From assembly GCA_002418625.1 (NCBI GenBank), contig DIEM01000059.1, forward strand, positions 13,451-77,450: a stretch of 64,000 nt of DNA. The letters run 5' to 3'. Of the stretch, positions 18,966 through 26,825 are shown one piece after another. Origin of the DNA: Firmicutes bacterium UBA5774 (GTDB lineage: Bacteria; Bacillota; Clostridia; Peptostreptococcales; Anaerovoracaceae). A program made the position numbers and the translations under genes. Under the pieces are notes generated by a model that worked only from the letters and a program-made list of their open reading frames with translations, did not search any database and was not told the DNA's origin. Within the stretch, counting starts at the first letter, position 1. Each line of letters opens with the position of its first letter.

Positions 18966-19003
18966 TCGGGAAGGATCCCGGCCATGAATGTTTCAAGGAG
19001 GAA
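18966..19003 (+). promoter_or_regulatory. Putative CsrA binding sites in the flagellin 5' leader
   Basis: The hairpin tCGGGA-AGGA-TCCCGg (18966..18981) presents AGGA in a 4-nt loop. A second GGA motif lies in the Shine-Dalgarno CAAGGAGGAA (18994..19003). This is the same two-site logic as B. subtilis hag. Confidence 0.45.
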
Positions 19004-19009
19004 CACAAA

Positions 19010-20323
19010 ATGAGAATCAACCACAACATCGCTGCTCTCAACACTTATCGCCAGTTGTCGAGCAACACAAGCGCAACGTCAAAATCACTTGAAAAGCTTT
19101 CATCCGGTCTTCGAATCAATCGCGCGGGCGACGACGCAGCCGGCCTTGCAATCAGCGAAAAAATGAGAGGCCAGATCAGAGGCCTTGACCAGGCGTCAAG
19201 AAATTCACAGGACGGCATTTCGCTGATCCAGACTGCAGAAGGCGCGCTCAACGAGACCCACAGCATTCTCCAGAGAATGAGAGAGCTTGCTGTTCAGGCC
19301 GCCAATGATACGAACACCGAGTCTGACAGAACTGAAATGCAGAAGGAAATCGATCAGCTGACAAAGGAAATCACCAGAATTTCAACTGATACCGAATTCA
19401 ATACCAAGAAACTTCTTGACGGCACCATGGCCGCCAGCGCAACCTCAGGCACACCGACCGTCATTTCGGCAGCAACTGTTGCCGGCGACGTCGCCAGCGG
19501 CGTTTATACCGCAACTGTATCAGTTACCGATGCAGTAGGCGCATTCAGCGCTGCCGGAACCACAGGCCTCGATGCTGCTGACTTTGACTTCGCCGCCTCC
19601 ACATTGGATGCAGGCAACTACAGCATGGTTATATCGGCTTACGACGGCGGCACAGACACAGCAACGGTCCAGTTGATGGATTCCAATGGGGATCAGGTCG
19701 GCGCGACAATGGCAGCCGTTGACCTTACAGCTGACTTTACGATCGGCGGCGTAGTTGTAGATGGAACTCAGGTTGCTGCCAATGGTACCGCTACGTTCAG
19801 CATCACGTCCGAAAGGACTCAATCCGCTGCGGTTACAGACAGCAATGGCGATGCCGTCACAGGTCTTGACCTGACGATCGTCGAAAGCGCAACCGACGGA
19901 CAGACTTCAGCCATCACTGTCGATGCCAGCAACGCCATGAAATTCCAGATCGGCGCCAATGCCGGACAGACCACATCGATCTCCGTCAATGACATGAGCG
20001 CTTCCGCTCTCAGCGTCGACGCACTCGACCTTACGACTCAGACCGGCGCAAGCTCTGCTATCACCGCGATCGACTCCGCTCTGACGACGGTTTCCTCTGA
20101 AAGGTCCAAGCTCGGCGGCATGCAGAACAGGCTCGAACACACGATCAACAACCTGGGAACGACTTCCGAGAACCTGACTGCTTCCGAATCCCGAATCAGA
20201 GACGTAGACATGGCGAAGGAAATGACCGAATACACGAAGAACAATATCCTCAACCAGGCTGCGCAGGCAATGCTCGCTCAGGCGAACCAGCAGCCTCAGG
20301 GCGTTCTCCAGCTGCTGCAATAA
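19010..20323 (+). CDS. fliC: Flagellin
   Basis: 437 aa. [16 protein letters not shown]...[33 protein letters not shown] at the N-terminus and [37 protein letters not shown] at the C-terminus. Ala/Thr/Asp/Gly-rich variable middle. Confidence 0.95.
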   Translation: MRINHNIAALNTYRQLSSNTSATSKSLEKLSSGLRINRAGDDAAGLAISEKMRGQIRGLDQASRNSQDGISLIQTAEGALNETHSILQRMRELAVQAANDTNTESDRTEMQKEIDQLTKEITRISTDTEFNTKKLLDGTMAASATSGTPTVISAATVAGDVASGVYTATVSVTDAVGAFSAAGTTGLDAADFDFAASTLDAGNYSMVISAYDGGTDTATVQLMDSNGDQVGATMAAVDLTADFTIGGVVVDGTQVAANGTATFSITSERTQSAAVTDSNGDAVTGLDLTIVESATDGQTSAITVDASNAMKFQIGANAGQTTSISVNDMSASALSVDALDLTTQTGASSAITAIDSALTTVSSERSKLGGMQNRLEHTINNLGTTSENLTASESRIRDVDMAKEMTEYTKNNILNQAAQAMLAQANQQPQGVLQLLQ

Positions 20324-20365
20324 CAACTGGCGGCGAGATCATAAAACGCTTATCTTTAACAGATA

Positions 20366-20400
20366 TGAAAAGAAGCCACCGCAAGGTGGCTTTCTTTTTC
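20366..20400. terminator. Bidirectional rho-independent terminator between fliC and the convergent flhB-like operon
   Basis: GAAGCCACC-gcaa-GGTGGCTTt stem with A-rich flank upstream and T-run downstream (AAAAGAAGCCACCGCAAGGTGGCTTTCTTTTTC). Confidence 0.7.
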
Positions 20401-20440
20401 ATATCCTGATATCCCCGGTCATTTGTTCCGCTTGTTCCGA

Positions 20441-20722
20441 TTATTTCTTCTCATTGGCGGCATTCATAAGCGCCACATAAATATCGACGACGATCTGATA
20501 CAGCTCCGGCGGGATCTCCTGCCCCAGCTCCAGCTTCGTCAGCAGCGTGGCCGCACTGTCGTCATGATAGATCGTAATGCCGTTCTCGATGGCGACCTGA
20601 AGGATCTTCTGCGCTATGTATCCTGTCCCGGCCGCAACGACGCAGGGCGCATCGTCCTTGTCCTTGTCGTATTTCAGAGCGGCGGCCTTCAGATCTTTTA
20701 TATTTCCCTCATACTTTGACAT
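20441..20722 (-). CDS. FlhB C-terminal-domain-only protein (YlqH/EscU-C-like)
   Basis: 93 aa. AAALKYDKDKDDAPCVVAAGTGYIAQKILQVAIENGITIYHDDSAATLLTKLELGQEIPPELYQIVVDIYVALM aligns with the FlhB/EscU cytoplasmic subdomain that follows the NPTH cleavage site. No TM region. Confidence 0.8.
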   Translation of the reverse strand: MSKYEGNIKDLKAAALKYDKDKDDAPCVVAAGTGYIAQKILQVAIENGITIYHDDSAATLLTKLELGQEIPPELYQIVVDIYVALMNAANEKK

Positions 20723-22184
20723 CGATGCCCGCCTTTCTCGTCGCGAATTTCGGAAACCTCTGGAGGATCGTCTGGCGGTCGTTCCAGATCCCTACCTGAT
20801 ACTGGGACAGTCTGTAACCCTGCCCCTCGATAGCTTCCCTCATGTAGCTCCTGACGTTCTTGACGCTCTCCACAAGCTCTTCCGGACACCTGATGCCGAG
20901 TTCTATAAATTGATCCTTCGCCAGCAGATCCACCTCAAAGGTCCCATGCTTGTCAGACTGGATGATGAATAGTATGTTCTGCGCCTTCTTGGCGTCGCCT
21001 TTACGGTCTTCACAATTCTTGTCGATAAAAAACTCCCCGTACGTATCGTCATCGGCAAATCTGATCGGAAGCATGAAATGCATGATCGGCAATACCGGAC
21101 TTTCGCTCTGCACCATATACGCCAGCAGATTCTGGGCGGCCCGAATCATGCTGGTCGACTCCGAATTGTCCAGCGTCCTTGCTATAAGCGTCGCCAGATC
21201 CTTGTCTCCCGCCGTGGCCGCGCCGATCCCCGCTTTCAGCATTTCATCCGGCGCGTTGTCCGACATCGCCTCGGCGACTGCCACTCCGACGGGCCTTCCC
21301 GCCTTCGCTTCCTTCGCGCTCAGCAGCAGAAGGCTCTTGAGATCCTCCAGGCTTTCGTCGGAAAGGTTTGTAATCATTTTAAGCTCATCGTTCAAATTCA
21401 GGGCCGCGTTCTCAAGCCGCTGCGGATCTCCCTTGTCTAGCCTGACCACATTATGGATGATCGCCATGACATTATTGCGGATCTTTTCGCTTTGATTATA
21501 GTTTTTCACGATCCGGCTCAACAATGGTATGTATTCGTTCTTGAGGTAATTCAGGATCGCCTTCGTATCGTCCGTTCCGGAGGAGAGCATTGCGTTCAGA
21601 TTGTTGATGATCGCTTCGACAGCCGGCCTGTCGGCTTTGAGCAGCTGGGCGGGCAGGCTTTTATTCAGCGAGATGATGGAATCCAGAGAATTCTGCTGAT
21701 TGGCATAGCTGTCGAAATACTTCAGCACGGCTGTGATGGCTTCCCTGAGCCTGGGTTGGGTCTCTATCCTCGACAGGATCCGAAGGTTATCGAAAAAGAG
21801 TCCCGCAAATACTGTTTCACCCTGCTCTCTGTCAAGCAGGGCGCCCAGCATTTCCTTAGGGCTTAAAAAAAGCTTCTCCAGCATTTCCTGTGGAATGACG
21901 CCATTGGCGGGAGGCGTTACTTTTGAAAGCAGGACCATCTTTTTCAGGCTGTCAGCCAGAATATTGGTTTCTTTGAACAATGGCGCAAGAATATCCTTGT
22001 TCAGGCTTTGCAGCAGGTTCTGCTCGAAGGGATTTTTCTCAGTTGTTTCGCTCTTGGGCGGTGATTTGATAACAACGCTTGGATTGGTAAGGTCAAAAAC
22101 GCTTTCAGACGGCGTCTGCTTGGGCAGATTATGAACGTTGTCCCTTGGAATTATTGGTGTTGTTATTTTAAGGCTGTCAACCAC
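20709..22184 (-). CDS. Hypothetical protein with FliK-C-terminal-like tail
   Basis: 491 aa. GTG start with AGAGGA RBS. The C-terminal PIMHFMLPIRFADDD...HGTFEVDLLAKDQFIELGIRCPEELVESVKNVRSYMREAIEGQGYRLSQYQV has the pattern of the FliK substrate-switch domain. 14-nt overlap with the flhB-like gene. Family assignment is by eye only. Confidence 0.45.
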   Translation of the reverse strand: MVDSLKITTPIIPRDNVHNLPKQTPSESVFDLTNPSVVIKSPPKSETTEKNPFEQNLLQSLNKDILAPLFKETNILADSLKKMVLLSKVTPPANGVIPQEMLEKLFLSPKEMLGALLDREQGETVFAGLFFDNLRILSRIETQPRLREAITAVLKYFDSYANQQNSLDSIISLNKSLPAQLLKADRPAVEAIINNLNAMLSSGTDDTKAILNYLKNEYIPLLSRIVKNYNQSEKIRNNVMAIIHNVVRLDKGDPQRLENAALNLNDELKMITNLSDESLEDLKSLLLLSAKEAKAGRPVGVAVAEAMSDNAPDEMLKAGIGAATAGDKDLATLIARTLDNSESTSMIRAAQNLLAYMVQSESPVLPIMHFMLPIRFADDDTYGEFFIDKNCEDRKGDAKKAQNILFIIQSDKHGTFEVDLLAKDQFIELGIRCPEELVESVKNVRSYMREAIEGQGYRLSQYQVGIWNDRQTILQRFPKFATRKAGIDVKV

Positions 22185-22228
22185 ATTATATTCCTCTGTT
22201 GCTTAGCGGTACCGGACCGCCGATGCTC

Positions 22229-22600
22229 CTATCGTTTCTTTAAAGCTTCAATGATCTTGATCGCCTGGATGATGTCTTCTTTTCTGGCGTCCTGCGTTGC
22301 CACAAGCAGCCGTTTGACCTCCGGCCGTTCCTGAAGGTAGGCGATATGCCTTTTCATGTCCTCGTTTGTTTCCGCGATTTCCGGACTGTTGTTTTCCGCA
22401 TAGATCTCTGCTGTCGTGACGCCAAGTATGCCGCATATCTTGTTGAGCATTTCCATGTCGATGGAATTCTTCCCCAGCTCCCACGACGAAACACTGCTAT
22501 GTGTGACGTCAAGTTTTTCGGCAAGCTCCTTCTGGGTCATCTTCTTCATTTTTCTGTAAATTTTGATGTTATTTCTGACAGTATCCTTGATTTGACTCAT
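22229..22600 (-). CDS. XRE-family helix-turn-helix transcriptional regulator
   Basis: Start moved from 22726 to ATG 22600 (GGAGGA RBS). MTQKELAEKLDVTHSSVSSWELGKNSIDMEMLNKICGILGVT is a Cro/CI-type HTH. It ends 44 nt upstream of the FliK-like ORF. Confidence 0.8.
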   Translation of the reverse strand: MSQIKDTVRNNIKIYRKMKKMTQKELAEKLDVTHSSVSSWELGKNSIDMEMLNKICGILGVTTAEIYAENNSPEIAETNEDMKRHIAYLQERPEVKRLLVATQDARKEDIIQAIKIIEALKKR

Positions 22601-22713
22601 CAGTATCCGTCCTCCAAAGCCATTATCCTTGCTGTGACAATAATTTGCCCGCTCTTCGATTACATTCAGTATAATATATTTTTCACTCGTTTTGAAATAT
22701 TTTTTAAAAGCGC

Positions 22714-22740
22714 TAAATTTTTTCATAAATAGGCCGATAG
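22714..22740 (+). promoter_or_regulatory. Sigma-28-type promoter upstream of the MEDS-domain gene
   Basis: TAAA (22714..22717), N15, GCCGATAG (22733..22740). Confidence 0.6.
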
Positions 22741-22807
22741 AATTATATTGTCACTTATGCTTTGAAAAGGCGGCCATGGCCATCGACTTTTTAACGGAGA
22801 AGAAGAA

Positions 22808-23503
22808 ATGCGTGGAACTGGAACGATCAAATCGAATATCGGCAAGCATTTGGAAGAATACAATCTGGGCACGCACCTCTGTTCCATATACAGCACCCCT
22901 CAGGAGCAGCTTTCGGTGATTGTTCCATATATCAAGATTGGGCTGTCCCGCAATGAACAGTGCATCTATCTTCTGGATGAGAATGATTGGGAGGATATAG
23001 CGAACGCCCTGACTCTTTCGGGCGTGGACGTCGAAGGCGAAATGCGCTCCGAGGCTCTGATTTTCATAACGAGGCAGCAGGTTTCCAAAAAATTTTCAAG
23101 CCTGAATTCTTCTATAATGATGGATTTTTTGCTTGATTCCGTACGAAGAGCGAAATTGCACGGCTTTAAAGGCCTGCGTGTTCTTGCCGAGATGTCGTGG
23201 ACCCTTGGAACGACAAGCTCGAACGAAAGTCTCGTCGAATTTGAATCGAAGCTCGACCGGTTTTTCGAGCATAATGACGCTTCACTGATTTGCCAATACA
23301 ATCGCAATACCTTTCCTTCCGAAGTGATCGAGGAAATGATCTATATCCATCCGCTGATCATTTTTGCGGATATGATATGCAAGAACAGTTATTATATCCC
23401 TCCCGACCAGTATCTTTCCTCCGACTCCGCCGATCATCGCGTCAATCAGCTTCTGATCAGCATGAGTGTCAGCGAATATCTGCGGCAAAGGGGAAACAAT
23501 TAA
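22808..23503 (+). CDS. Stand-alone MEDS-domain protein
   Basis: 231 aa. GTHLCSIYSTPQEQLSVIVPYIKIGLSRNEQCIYL, GLRVLAEMSW, SLICQYNRNTF and IHPLIIF...NSYYIP match my recollection of the MEDS (PF14417) pattern. No other domain. Confidence 0.65.
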   Translation: MRGTGTIKSNIGKHLEEYNLGTHLCSIYSTPQEQLSVIVPYIKIGLSRNEQCIYLLDENDWEDIANALTLSGVDVEGEMRSEALIFITRQQVSKKFSSLNSSIMMDFLLDSVRRAKLHGFKGLRVLAEMSWTLGTTSSNESLVEFESKLDRFFEHNDASLICQYNRNTFPSEVIEEMIYIHPLIIFADMICKNSYYIPPDQYLSSDSADHRVNQLLISMSVSEYLRQRGNN

Positions 23504-23512
23504 TAAATTCTC

Positions 23513-23539
23513 TAATATTTTTTCGATTCCTGCCGATAA
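23513..23539 (+). promoter_or_regulatory. Sigma-28-type promoter upstream of cheA
   Basis: TAAT (23513..23516), N15, GCCGATAA (23532..23539). The -35 matches 3 of 4 positions and the -10 is perfect. Confidence 0.55.
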
Positions 23540-23602
23540 TTATAGACATCAGGAAGTAATCAGGCGTTTGAGCGCAATCTATAATTAAGCAGGTGAAAGA
23601 AC

Positions 23603-25906
23603 ATGAGCGAATACGATTTTTCAAATGATTCCATGCTGGAAATGTATCTTTTCGAGTCAACGACGCTGCTCGATCAGTTAGATGGGATCTTGCTCCTTTC
23701 TGAAAAAAGCGGGCATCTGTCGCCCGAAAGCATCAACGAAATTTTCCGTATCATGCATACGATCAAAGGCTCTTCCGCGATGATGGAATTCAACATCGTT
23801 TCATTTGTCGCACACAAACTGGAAGACCTTTTCTATGTCATTCGTGAAAACGGTATTAAAGACGCTTATTTCAGCGGACTGTTCGATCTTGTCCTTAACG
23901 TCTCCGACTTCCTTAAGGAGGAAGTGGAAAAAATCCAGCAGAACCGTCAGCTGTGCACTGAAAACGACCTGCTTGTCAGTGATATCATGGCTTTTCTCGA
24001 AAAACTAAAAAGCGGTGACGAAGAAGACGATGCAATTGAAGCCACGGAAGGCGAAGACCCCGAAACCGAAGAAATTTTCGAGTCGGATGAGCTAGACGAA
24101 GACACCGTCGATGCAAAGATGCCGCCTCATGATGAAGTATTAGCCGAAGAAGCCGCCAACGTGCCGGATCCTGCTGAATTGCCATCGGAGACTGTACCTT
24201 CCGAAGAGAGCGCTCAGATATTGAATCTGCATATCATGTTCACGCCCGACTGCCAGATGGAAAACATCAGGGCCTTCATGCTGCTGAATATCCTGCAGCC
24301 CTTTGGACAAATCATAGCAACCGTTCCGGGAGAGCTCAACAACAACAGCGACGCTTCCGGCCTGATCGCCGCCAATGGTTTCTTCTGCAAAATCGCGACC
24401 GGATCATCCCGGGAAGAAATCGTCGATGCTGTTAAGGGCACCTTGTCGGTAAAAAGCTGCGGCTTCACCAGTAAATTCCCAAGTGACGAAGCCGCCGGCC
24501 CTATAGCAGAAGCTTCATCTGCTCCAGAATCCAAAAAATCCGCTGCCGCTGAAAAACCTTCATTAAAAGCACCCGAAGTGAAAAAGACAGCGAAGTCCGC
24601 CAAAGGCGAATCAGCATTCGATACAGGCGCCGCGGCCCAGCCGTCTCAAGTCACCGCCGCCTCAGCATCGGCAGCAGCCTCACAGGCGCAGTCCTCCGAT
24701 GATTCCGGGGACGGCCAACAGAAAAAGGCCGGCAAGCAGAATCTGATCAATGTCGATCTTAATAAACTTGACACCCTCATGGACCTGGTTGGCGAAATCG
24801 TCATAACCGAATCCATGGTATCAAGCAATCCCGATCTCGCAGGCCTGGAACTCGAAAGTTTCCACAAGTCATCACGTCAGTTGAGAAAGCTGACCGATGA
24901 GCTTCAGGGCATCGTCATGTCGATTCGGATGGTTCCGATTTCTTCGACCTTCCAGAAAATGCACCGCATCGTCAGGGATATGAACAAAAAGCTCAACAAG
25001 GAAGTCGAGCTGGTTCTGATCGGGGAAACGACCGAAGTCGATAAAACGATCATCGACGGTATTGCCGATCCGCTGATGCATCTTGTGCGAAATGCCATGG
25101 ACCATGGCCTCGAAGACAGGAATGCCCGAGTAGCCGCCGGCAAGGACCCGACCGGCCGGATCATCCTGTCGGCACAGAACAACGGCGGCGATATCATCAT
25201 TTCCGTCAGCGATAATGGCAAGGGTCTGGATCCGGAAGTCATCCTGGCAAAGGCCAAAGCCAGCGGCATCCTGACAAAATCCCCGGGCGATATGACCGAG
25301 AAGGAAATCTTCAACCTTCTGACGATGCCCGGCTTCTCCACGAAAGAAGCCGTTACGGAATTTTCCGGCAGAGGCGTCGGCATGGACGTTGTTAAAAAGA
25401 ATATAGAAAAAATTGGCGGTACCGTCACAATCGAAAGCGTAAAAGGCGCAGGCACAAATGTCTTTTTCAAGATACCCCTGACGCTGGCCATCATCGCTGG
25501 CATGGAGATCACCGCGGGCGGCAACATCTATACACTGCCGATCTCGAACATCCGGGAGTCCTTCAAGGCAAAAGCGGATCAGCTGATTTCGGATCCTGAT
25601 AAGAACGAGATGATCATGATCCGAGGGGTATGCTATCCGATTATTCGCCTTCATAAAGTTTTCAATATCGATAACTGCGTGGAGAATATCGAGGACGGCA
25701 TCCTGCTGCTGGTCGATTCCGGCGAACGGTTGGCCTGTGTCTTCGCAGACGGTCTGCTCGGCAAGCATCAGGTCGTTGTCAAGGCGTTGCCTGCCTTTTT
25801 GAACCGCTATCCCATAAAATATTCCGGGATAGCCGGCTGCACCATCCTTGGAGACGGAGGCATCAGTCTGATCCTGGATGCCCAAGGTGTTTTAAATCGG
25901 TTCTAG
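23603..25906 (+). CDS. cheA: Chemotaxis histidine kinase CheA
   Basis: 767 aa. Hpt FRIMHTIKGSSAMMEF, N box LMHLVRNAMDHGLE, G1 SDNGKGLD, G2 GRGVGMDVV, C-terminal CheW-like P5 domain. Confidence 0.95.
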   Translation: MSEYDFSNDSMLEMYLFESTTLLDQLDGILLLSEKSGHLSPESINEIFRIMHTIKGSSAMMEFNIVSFVAHKLEDLFYVIRENGIKDAYFSGLFDLVLNVSDFLKEEVEKIQQNRQLCTENDLLVSDIMAFLEKLKSGDEEDDAIEATEGEDPETEEIFESDELDEDTVDAKMPPHDEVLAEEAANVPDPAELPSETVPSEESAQILNLHIMFTPDCQMENIRAFMLLNILQPFGQIIATVPGELNNNSDASGLIAANGFFCKIATGSSREEIVDAVKGTLSVKSCGFTSKFPSDEAAGPIAEASSAPESKKSAAAEKPSLKAPEVKKTAKSAKGESAFDTGAAAQPSQVTAASASAAASQAQSSDDSGDGQQKKAGKQNLINVDLNKLDTLMDLVGEIVITESMVSSNPDLAGLELESFHKSSRQLRKLTDELQGIVMSIRMVPISSTFQKMHRIVRDMNKKLNKEVELVLIGETTEVDKTIIDGIADPLMHLVRNAMDHGLEDRNARVAAGKDPTGRIILSAQNNGGDIIISVSDNGKGLDPEVILAKAKASGILTKSPGDMTEKEIFNLLTMPGFSTKEAVTEFSGRGVGMDVVKKNIEKIGGTVTIESVKGAGTNVFFKIPLTLAIIAGMEITAGGNIYTLPISNIRESFKAKADQLISDPDKNEMIMIRGVCYPIIRLHKVFNIDNCVENIEDGILLLVDSGERLACVFADGLLGKHQVVVKALPAFLNRYPIKYSGIAGCTILGDGGISLILDAQGVLNRF

Positions 25907-25933
25907 TTCAAAGGACATGGAAAGGAGCGGGTC

Positions 25934-26746
25934 ATGCTATACATAACAGACAGAGAATTCGTTGAAATTTCAACATATTTTAAAGACAATTTCGGCGTGA
26001 ACCTAACAAACAAAAAGCCGTTGATCGAAGGCCGGCTCGGTAATTATATCCAGCAGCTTGGTTTTGAAACTTACAAAGACTACTTTGAGCATGCTAAAAG
26101 CGATGCCAGCGGTGACGCCATGTCGACTTTGATCAGCAAACTCACGACGAATCACACCTATTTCCTACGGGAGTCGGAGCATTTCGTCTTTTTTAAGGAT
26201 AAAATCCTGCCTTGGGTAGATAAGAAATTAAATTCAAGGGATCTCCGGGTATGGAGCGCAGGCTGCTCTTCCGGCCAGGAGCCTTATACGCTCGCCATGA
26301 TCACGCAGGATTATCTGGGCAGCGACGCCCGGCATTGGGACAGCAACCTGCTTGCTTCGGATATATCAACAAAGGCGCTCGCATCCGCCAAAGCCGGCGT
26401 CTACTATTCGGATGAACTCACGGATATTCCGAAGCCATGGCTGAACAACTATTTTACAAAGCTTGATAATGAACGTTTCGAGGTCGCCGACAGGATCAAG
26501 AAGGAAGTGGCCTACAGGAATTTCAACCTGTTGTCTCCCTTCAACTTCAAGAAACCGTTCCATGCGATTTTCTGCCGAAACGTCATGATTTACTTTGATA
26601 TACCGACTAAAAACGAAATCATTGAAAAATTTTATAACGCGCTGCTGCCAGGAGGCTATTTCCTCATCGGCCACAGCGAGTCCCTGGCATCCTGCACGCA
26701 CCGTTTCAAATACGTTATGCCCTCAGTTTACCAGAAGGAAATGTGA
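25934..26746 (+). CDS. cheR: Chemotaxis protein methyltransferase CheR
   Basis: 270 aa. N-terminal helical domain and SAM-binding VWSAGCSSGQEPYTLAM. Confidence 0.92.
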   Translation: MLYITDREFVEISTYFKDNFGVNLTNKKPLIEGRLGNYIQQLGFETYKDYFEHAKSDASGDAMSTLISKLTTNHTYFLRESEHFVFFKDKILPWVDKKLNSRDLRVWSAGCSSGQEPYTLAMITQDYLGSDARHWDSNLLASDISTKALASAKAGVYYSDELTDIPKPWLNNYFTKLDNERFEVADRIKKEVAYRNFNLLSPFNFKKPFHAIFCRNVMIYFDIPTKNEIIEKFYNALLPGGYFLIGHSESLASCTHRFKYVMPSVYQKEM

Positions 26747-26775
26747 TAATTTTAACATTGCTGCGAAGAATATAT

Positions 26776-26802
26776 TAAACTTATTCCCCTTTCTGCCGAT
26801 AT
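26776..26802 (+). promoter_or_regulatory. Sigma-28-type promoter upstream of fliD
   Basis: TAAA (26776..26779), N15, GCCGATAT (26795..26802). GAGGAGG RBS and ATG follow within 25 nt. Confidence 0.65.
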
Positions 26803-26825
26803 ATTACTCGTGAGGAGGTGTTCCC

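Noticed and set aside
24872-25885. 337-aa and 207-aa minus-strand ORFs inside cheA.
   Set aside because: They lie antisense to an unambiguous CheA kinase core. Their composition is typical of reverse-frame artefacts in G+C-richer coding DNA.
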